From positions 1 through 60,805 of the forward strand of contig JBJLJN010000019.1 of assembly GCA_045559735.1 (NCBI GenBank): a stretch of DNA of 60,805 nucleotides. The letters run 5' to 3'. Under the pieces are notes generated by a model. That model was not told the DNA's origin. It saw only the letters and a program-made list of their open reading frames with translations, and did not search any database. Source of the stretch: Candidatus Thalassarchaeum sp. GTDB taxonomy: Archaea > Thermoplasmatota > Poseidoniia > Poseidoniales > Thalassarchaeaceae. Made by a program: the position numbers and the translations under genes. Every line of letters begins with the position of its first letter. Within the stretch, counting starts at the first letter, position 1. Of this stretch, positions 58,601 through 60,805 are shown in pieces.

Positions 58601-60805
58601 CACCTCTGACGGATCCGGTACAGCTACTGTGGCCGACACAGATACTAATCAGGCCACCTTCACTGCATCCAGCGGCTCTGCCACCTACGGTACCTACGCC
58701 ATGGCTACCAGTGGTGCTTGGACCTACACCCTGGATGATTCGAAATCCGCTGTGCAGGCACTGACCAGCTCAGGCAGTCTGTCTGACAGCTTCTCGGTGA
58801 CCAGCGCTGACGGTACTGCTCAGACAATCTCGATTACAATTAGTGGTCTGAATGACGCACCTAGCATCGACAGTACAGCTGTGACAAGCGCTACTGAGGA
58901 TTCTGCTTACTCCTACACTGTTCAGTCTAGCGACACAGACACAGGAGAGACACCAAGCCTCACTTGCAGCTGCCCAAGCTGGGCTACATTCACTGACAAC
59001 AGTGATGGCACAGCTTCGTTCACAGGCACTCCTCTTGAGGCACATGTTGGATCATCAAGCGTGACAATTACCGCAGCTGATTCGGCTACATCCACAGCTC
59101 AGACATTCACTCTGACTGTTGCAAATACGAACGATGACCCAACCGGTTCACTTTCAATCACTGGAACAGCTCAGGAGGATGAGGTTCTCGGAATCGCTCA
59201 GTTGCTGGCAGATGAGGACGGCCTCGGCACCTTCAGCTACCAGTGGAAGAGAGATGGCACTGCAGTTTCCGGTGCTACTGGTCTGACATACACACTCGGA
59301 CAGAGTGATGTAGGTTCAGCAATCACCATCACAATCTCTTATACCGATGGCCACGATACCGCGGAGAGCGTCACCAGTGCTGCAACGAGCAGCGTTCAGA
59401 ACATTAACGATGCATCTACTGTCGCCATATCTGGAACTGCAACTGAGGATCAGACTCTGACCGCCACAGTCACTGATGAGGATGGCGCCACTGGCACCAT
59501 CACATACGAGTGGAGGCGTGACGGCACTGCAATCAGCGGTGCTACTGCTTCCACCCACTTGCTAACTCAGACTGATGTTGGTACAGCTATTTCCGTCTAT
59601 GTGTCATTCACAGATGACTACTCGAATGGCGAGACCGCTACCAGTTCCGCTACTTCAGCAGTTGCTAACGTCAACGACAACCCAACAGGTACTGTGACAA
59701 TCACTGGTACAGCTACCGAGGACCAGACTCTGACCGCTTCAGATACCCTAGCGGACGAAGATGGCCTGGGCTCGATAACCTACACTTGGAGCAACGGTGC
59801 TACAGGCTCGAGTATAGTACTCGGCCAGACTGATGTTGGCAACGCAATTACTGTGACCGCAGCTTACACTGACGGCCAGAGCACAGCTGAGAGCGTTGCA
59901 AGCTCTGCGACCTCAGCAGTTGCAAACGTCAACGACAGCCCAACAGGTGCAGTGACCATCACTGGTACTCCGACCGAGGACCAGACTCTGACCGCTTCCA
60001 ACAACCTAGCGGACGAGGACGGTATGGGCACTGTATCGTACGCATGGAGCAACGGTGCTACAGGCTCGAGTATAGTACTCGGCCAGTCTGATGTTGGCAG
60101 TGCAATCACTGTGACCGCATCTTACACTGACGGCCAGCTAACGGCTGAGAGTGTTGCAAGCTCTGCAACCGCAGCAGTTGCGAACGTCAACGACGCTGGC
60201 TCAGGACTCAGTCTTGCCAGCGATGGTGATGTATCCGACCCAGATGAGGACGACACACTCAGTGTGACCGGAACTCTATCTGACGAGGACGGATGTACTG
60301 GCACCACGTGCGCACTCACGTACGCATGGAGTACTGGAGAGACCAGCAGCACAATCGCCCTTGGACAATCCCATGTCGGAGAGACAATCTCGGTTACTCT
60401 GACCTACTCTGATGATCAGTCCGAGACGAACACGATCACTCTGACTGCAACTTCCGATGTTGACAACGTCAACGACAGCCCAACAGGTGCAGTGACCATC
60501 ACTGGTACTCCAACCGAGGACCAGACTCTGACCGCTTCTGATACCCTAGCGGACGAGGACGGCATAGGCGCAATTACCTACACTTGGAGCACTGGTGCTA
60601 CAGGCTCGAGTATTGTACTCGGTCAGTCTGATGTTGGCAACGCAATCTCTGTGACCGCAGCTTACCAGGACTCTCAGGGTACATCTGAGAGTGTTGCAAG
60701 CTCTGCAACCGCAGCAGTTGCAAACGTCAACGATGCTGGCTCAGGACTCAGTCTTGCCAGCGATGGTGATGTATCCGACCCAGATGAGGACGACACACTC
60801 AGTGT
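46635..60805 (+). CDS. Giant cadherin-like / VCBS-repeat adhesin, 5' partial in this window (>4723 aa, no stop before window end)
   Basis: This ORF is not in the supplied track. The frame with positions divisible by 3 has a TAG at 46617-46619 and its first ATG at 46635. I translated this frame by eye across 46635-55000 and 56400-60805 with no stop, and read 55000-56400 less carefully without noticing one. Every + strand ORF listed after 46.6 kb is in one other frame (start mod 3 = 1). The N-terminus MVAAMLRTNEN...IAIGLAAAIALIMVAG is a signal anchor. Dozens of modules of about 100 aa follow, bounded by (V/I)ND(A/E/S)P. Confidence 0.9.
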   Translation, partial: MVAAMLRTNENDNAAIGLRTTDLRNIAIGLAAAIALIMVAGQISDSGSASATVLDDAPDKRFGSPTPVTDPSSSATEDVAYSSTGQWVDSDGAITFTFSGCASWMTCADNNNGGAGSVSTFTISGTPADANVGATTVTISGAQGGQTVQRSVTITVSEVNDEPTATASAVGGTFTEDGSNVDLFSSPSVGDGDSQVAQTWDKIVMTITNVADAEEYIVIDGSECDITASATCVANTATNEGAAVVSLNSGTATLTWTADDGTIVDAEMVALIDALAYKSDDQSPTNGNRVITITQLDDEGSTGGNHDNSVSLSLAATVTVAGVDDDPAFAGTGNTGTYTEDAGGTVSDTAAATDADGETITYSCTSCNDAGSTQTLTDTYGAWVVTEATGAWVYTPDDTDNDLNSLNAAEAASETLTMIATDASGGTTDSITITITITGANDAPTTATGSKTTAEDTLVTLADSDFTFNDVDDAHTAFTRIYIKDLESSGDLECYARNGVGAAWADCQDEDYVTSGAYIRLTPATDSTATVTFNFCVYDGVACSASTQFSVTVTPSNDAPTISIQDDTLDTNEDTSLTMNTGGSDGFTVADAESATLTVTLATSAGTLTLADVSAADFSGGCSGAAGDGTTDTTMTFCATPTNTNTAVDGLVLAPASNSEATHTITITVNDGVNSAVQDTIAVTINAQNDAPTASDATVTALEDATYTFSSSDFGFTDVDSGASLKSVTLQAATAGTLWVDSDSNGAVNGGEAAVQNNDVVLTANIAKLKWKPAADASGTIGTFAFIVTDNADAASGSYTMTLSITAVNDEPTLTATGLTPTFAEDGAAKDLFSGPAAGYGDTDGSESADRINSLTITVTNVADTTEYLTVDGTACDLTDGNSETTSGNSMTCAVTLSGSTATVALSHSGLTSAAINTIIDAMTYENSDQSPTIGSTRVVTITAIGDDGGTANGGDNSKSVTIAATVTLTKSNDLPTSAAGSKTITEDQQTALAASDFTFTDLDGDTISRIRITTTESAGDLECNNKNGGGGGWTDCATNDYVAAGTDLRFQHATDDVSSETFSFEVHDGTGYSSAQYVFTISITPVNDAPANAGDTATVTEDTDYNSWTAATDWGWSDVDSGDALTHVKIWTCPTAGTMTVGGSACDAENSQATLANLNTIVYSPVANSDTGNPTFTYKLYDGDDWSAAGTMTLSFSAQNDAPSNAGDTATVTEDAAYTSWTQATDWGWSEVDTGDTLESVLFVTCPSSGTFTIGGVACNAGVSSSTLGNLNSVSFTTASNSNAGVTFTYKLYDGEAYSAVGTMTISVTPQNDAPSAGATADQTIYEDVAYSFTTTTSTDVDGDTLTITCEEQNNAGNAESALPAFIAVSNQGDGTAVISGTAAHANLAASDDSDSTYNVLCTTTDNGAGSLTATDLFVITVTEINDAPVLASSTGTSATAGTAIEDKSGGVTFTLTATDEESNDATFAEGSSCPAWMTVADGGGAAMTGTIAIAEAALTDARVGDHDCDVTITDGTTTALYTYTVTISEINDEPTLTATGASPTHTEGSSGETLYSNAAAADSDSQATQTFTSLTLTVTNVQDTTESIYLDGGWESLAAMGSTSTTDTNSYTYQITGCSTTCTVALTGMTLTATQMQTLVDGLKYKNTDDSPTDANRVVTITQMTDSGGTGGAGADDTVTLSIVSTVNVDLANDAPDASGASATIANIAEDTTNPGGSTVSAALSGVTDADAGSSVNGIVICSYTHDAAKGTWAYEVDASGNWVTISTRTDNENCLGIEDDDKIRFVPAANHNGAATTLSVIVVDNTQAIASGTATYDASSTGGTTAFSSNTVSVSHSVTAVNDAPIASGSTTLTTINEDATPTGQTVTALFASNFADSADSDALAGICISSYTSAAAKGVLSYSQDGSSYSTVATVAALNAGTTIRAANYLKFTPTADYSGTSPTITVVLIEDSGGAVAGAAATNVDCSYSASGIYSTATVALTMTVNDVNDEPTLTVTTATPTFTEDGSAVSLYSNAAAGYGDTDGSESADRINSLTITITNVADTTEYLNVDGTACDLTNSNSETTSGNSMTCAVTVSSGTATVTLTHSGLTSAAIQTIVDAMTYENNDQSPTTGSRVVTITAIGDDGGTANGGDNSKSVTLASTVTVASLNDAPTASGSATLAAINEDATASGATVSSLFTSNFADTDGDAIGGVCLTSYTEATSKGQWKYSTNDGGAWTALSDITAATAGVYIRAADELAFVPAANWNGAAPTMTATLSDDSGNEPATAATTNCATTGTTTVYSTSGVTLSHTVNAVNDAPTVSDTTQALSSIAEDGTPSTTTTVSNLFSASFADSADSDGFAGVCIISYSEDTNEGQWKWSNDGSSFTAISTVSSDSSGLILDDASRLQFDPASNFNGAANTISVVLVEDSGGALTTDASADDCSSNGGSTVYSADGSPVVLSHSVSAVNDAPTSSGGSSAHGHPNEDATYTFTTTESHWGYSDVESTAMATVDFTTLPSTGTLMYSGNAVTVGQDIAAGSLGGVTYVPVANANGAITFTFKTTDGSDWQSSPATYTITYAAVNDAPDVSSATATISAINEDTSAPSGSTISSMLSSVSDVDSGSSVNGVVICSYTHDAAKGTWAYTADGSSWSDIATRSDTSNCLGVEDDDSIRFVPAANYAGAATALSVHVVDNTQAIATGTGTYDAASTGGTTAFSAALSVSHTITAVDDAPAFSSASGSVNVNEGSTAVGTYTATDAESDSITYTKSGTDASLFAIGSSDGVLTFSSAPNYESPGCGSGSNSNTCTVIITATANSKTDTHTLTVNVQDLNDESPVWQTSASQSVDENTRNVVATLSVTDGDSADSNTATYAITSNDNSLFEISSSTLRFAASGGANYESPGCGGSSNSNTCTVTVRASDGASSANTADRTFTITIGDLNDQTPSYSRSSGDLTQNYAEATTTAIDSFSITDTDTGNSFSCNVGGDDSGDVSCSISSTTVTVSFASQPNYESPADNGGNNVYDFTISVSDASSGGNTGSTLTYEITVTDTDEFDVSTPTDSNSGSNTVAENAADNAAAGITASASDSDGTTNTITYSMVISTSACSGWFDIGQSDGIVRVDGSNELDYETVTSCAVVITATSADTSAKDLSTSISITDVNDQTPAATVAATYNVAENVATVASISVTDTDTSGTLACSVAGTDSSLFTCSISSGTATLAFASAPNFESAGDSGGNNVYDIQVTFTDGANTLGAQTTAITVTDANEAPSITSTAVTSATEDAAYSYTVQSSDPDDGDPHSNSVTITCTTGCSSGAWLSVSGAVLSGTPGDDEVGSYSVVLTASDGSLTSTQSFSITVTNVNDAGSVALSGTAAEDSQLTATPSDDDNDGSGDTYTYAWQSSSDLSTWSSIGSNSNTYTLTQSEVGKYVRVTVSYTDDDGTVESHSTQTTSTISNVNDANTAVPTISGTLTQGQTLTASPAPLSGNDEDGTTTADASSYAGYSYQWQSCTTSAASSCSNMNGKTSSTLALSNDEVGKYMRVVVSYTDDQSTAESVNSAISAVVGNINDAASISGANTGSVTEDASSPASGTPTVTDPDSGENTLLTVSAGTASVSGYGTFGVSSGTWTYTLDDTDSTVNALIAGASLQDTFVVTSADGSDTMTVTITITGANDAATIGGTTTGTAQEDTSDGSGTLTVTDVDTNQASFTAVSSATDSISGYGTYTITTAGVWAYTLDDSDSAVQALAAGASMTDTFSVTSADGTAQTVTITISGLNDAATIGGDTTGTAQEDTSDGSGTLTVSDTDSNQNTFTAVSSATDTANGYGTYTITTAGVWAFTLDDSDSAVQALAAGASMTDTFSVTSADNTAQTVTITISGLNDAATIGGATTGTAQEDTSDGSGTLTVSDTDSNQNTFTAVSSATDSISGYGTYTITTAGVWAYTLDDSDSAVQALAAGSTLSDSFSVTSADGTAQTVSITISGLNDAATFAGDTTGTAQEDTSDGSGTATVADTDTNQATFTASSGSATYGTYAMATSGAWTYTLDDSKSAVQALTSSGSLSDSFSVTSADGTAQTISITISGLNDAPSIDSTAVTSATEDSAYSYTVQSSDTDTGETPSLTCSCPSWATFTDNSDGTASFTGTPLEAHVGSSSVTITAADSATSTAQTFTLTVANTNDDPTGSLSITGTAQEDEVLGIAQLLADEDGLGTFSYQWKRDGTAVSGATGLTYTLGQSDVGSAITITISYTDGHDTAESVTSAATSSVQNINDASTVAISGTATEDQTLTATVTDEDGATGTITYEWRRDGTAISGATASTHLLTQTDVGTAISVYVSFTDDYSNGETATSSATSAVANVNDNPTGTVTITGTATEDQTLTASDTLADEDGLGSITYTWSNGATGSSIVLGQTDVGNAITVTAAYTDGQSTAESVASSATSAVANVNDSPTGAVTITGTPTEDQTLTASNNLADEDGMGTVSYAWSNGATGSSIVLGQSDVGSAITVTASYTDGQLTAESVASSATAAVANVNDAGSGLSLASDGDVSDPDEDDTLSVTGTLSDEDGCTGTTCALTYAWSTGETSSTIALGQSHVGETISVTLTYSDDQSETNTITLTATSDVDNVNDSPTGAVTITGTPTEDQTLTASDTLADEDGIGAITYTWSTGATGSSIVLGQSDVGNAISVTAAYQDSQGTSESVASSATAAVANVNDAGSGLSLASDGDVSDPDEDDTLS
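54790..56410 (+). repeat. About six consecutive canonical cadherin-type repeats within the giant ORF
   Basis: The translation shows ...SLFAIGSSDGVLTFSSAPNYESPG...TLTVNVQDLNDESPVW; ...SLFEISSSTLRFAASGGANYESPG...FTITIGDLNDQTPSY; ...WFDIGQSDGIVRVDGSNELDYETV...ISITDVNDQTPAA. This is the x-F-x-I-...-L-x-x-x-x-x-(D/N)YE ... (D/N)xNDxxP cadherin pattern. Confidence 0.75.
57300..58850 (+). repeat. Five tandem VCBS-type repeat units (315, 312, 312, 312, 300 bp) within the giant ORF
   Basis: Unit starts (AAC/AAT of NDAA(S/T)) are at 57300, 57615, 57927, 58239 and 58551, with the next boundary at 58851. Each unit encodes ...GT(A/V)QEDTSDGSGTLTV(S/T)D(T/V)D(S/T)NQ..F......GYGTYTITTAGVWAYTLDDSDSAVQALAAG.S..D.FSVTSADGTAQTV.ITISGLNDAAT. 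Units 2-4 share long identical DNA stretches. Confidence 0.85.
59149..60805 (+). repeat. Tandem modules of about 86-94 aa (N(V/I)ND.PTG.VTITGT.TEDQTLTAS..LADEDG.G...Y.WS.GATGSSIVLGQ.DVG.AI.VTA.YTDGQ..ESVASSAT) with a 540-bp two-module super-repeat, running off the window
   Basis: Module starts are at about 59149, 59404, 59671, 59929, 60187, 60469 and 60727. Segments 59929-60245 and 60469-60785 are near-identical at the DNA level with an offset of 540 bp. Two related modules lie at 56.69-57.30 kb. Confidence 0.85.

Noticed and set aside
46557-60352. Dozens of 60-150-aa ORFs in the track on the minus strand, and in one + frame, across the last 14 kb
   Set aside because: They are shadow ORFs of the giant frame-0 coding sequence. 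Their translations are low-complexity (S/V/A/T/P-rich mirror images). They tile the region without a consistent frame, and none has recognisable motifs.
57300-60805. Regular tandem DNA repeats that might be mistaken for a CRISPR array
   Set aside because: The periods are 255-315 bp, in frame and coding. There is no alternation of short repeats and unique spacers, and no cas genes anywhere in the window.
1-60805. Mobile elements, prophage, toxin-antitoxin or defence systems
   Set aside because: I recognised no transposase, integrase, recombinase, terminal inverted repeats, restriction-modification, cas or abortive-infection-like proteins. The tRNA genes show no adjacent duplicated att-like tRNA fragments inside the window.

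Overview
The window is a densely coded archaeal chromosomal segment. Archaeal markers include a DGGGP-synthase-like UbiA enzyme, Cbf5, RpoL/Rpo11, aEF-1beta, a GPN-loop GTPase, a DUF106-cmk-cbf5 gene order, and four tRNAs with encoded CCA. The acidic proteome, beta-oxidation genes and giant surface proteins suggest a marine planktonic euryarchaeote, possibly Marine Group II-like. That lineage guess is inference only.

Positions 1-30.4 kb are mostly housekeeping: argF, cmk, cbf5, ribA, a tusA-like gene, a DEAD-box helicase, rpoL, truD, EF-1beta, an FtsJ-type methyltransferase, an epimerase, rpiA, a class IIb aaRS and an acyl-CoA dehydrogenase. This part also holds two paralogous RND/MMPL-type exporters, one 791-aa surface protein, and an odd cytoplasmic protein with polyproline, Ig-like repeats, an EP repeat and a zinc ribbon. 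An RNase P RNA gene lies at about 26454-26749 (-), hidden under four spurious ORFs in the track.

Positions 30.5-60.8 kb are an accessory-looking surface-protein island, interrupted only by hbd. It encodes a 2050-aa membrane-anchored subtilisin, then two paralogous PPC-domain plus thrombospondin-type-3-repeat proteins (1081 and about 1666 aa). The last gene is a giant cadherin/VCBS-repeat adhesin ORF starting at 46635 and still open at the window end, so it is longer than 4723 aa. The supplied ORF track omits this ORF entirely because it has no stop codon inside the window.

The two largest genes share a TATTTA box followed directly by a CCC-(T)ATA-GGG palindrome. I saw no CRISPR array, transposase, integrase or recognisable defence system. 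All domain calls come from reading motifs by eye; no searches were run.
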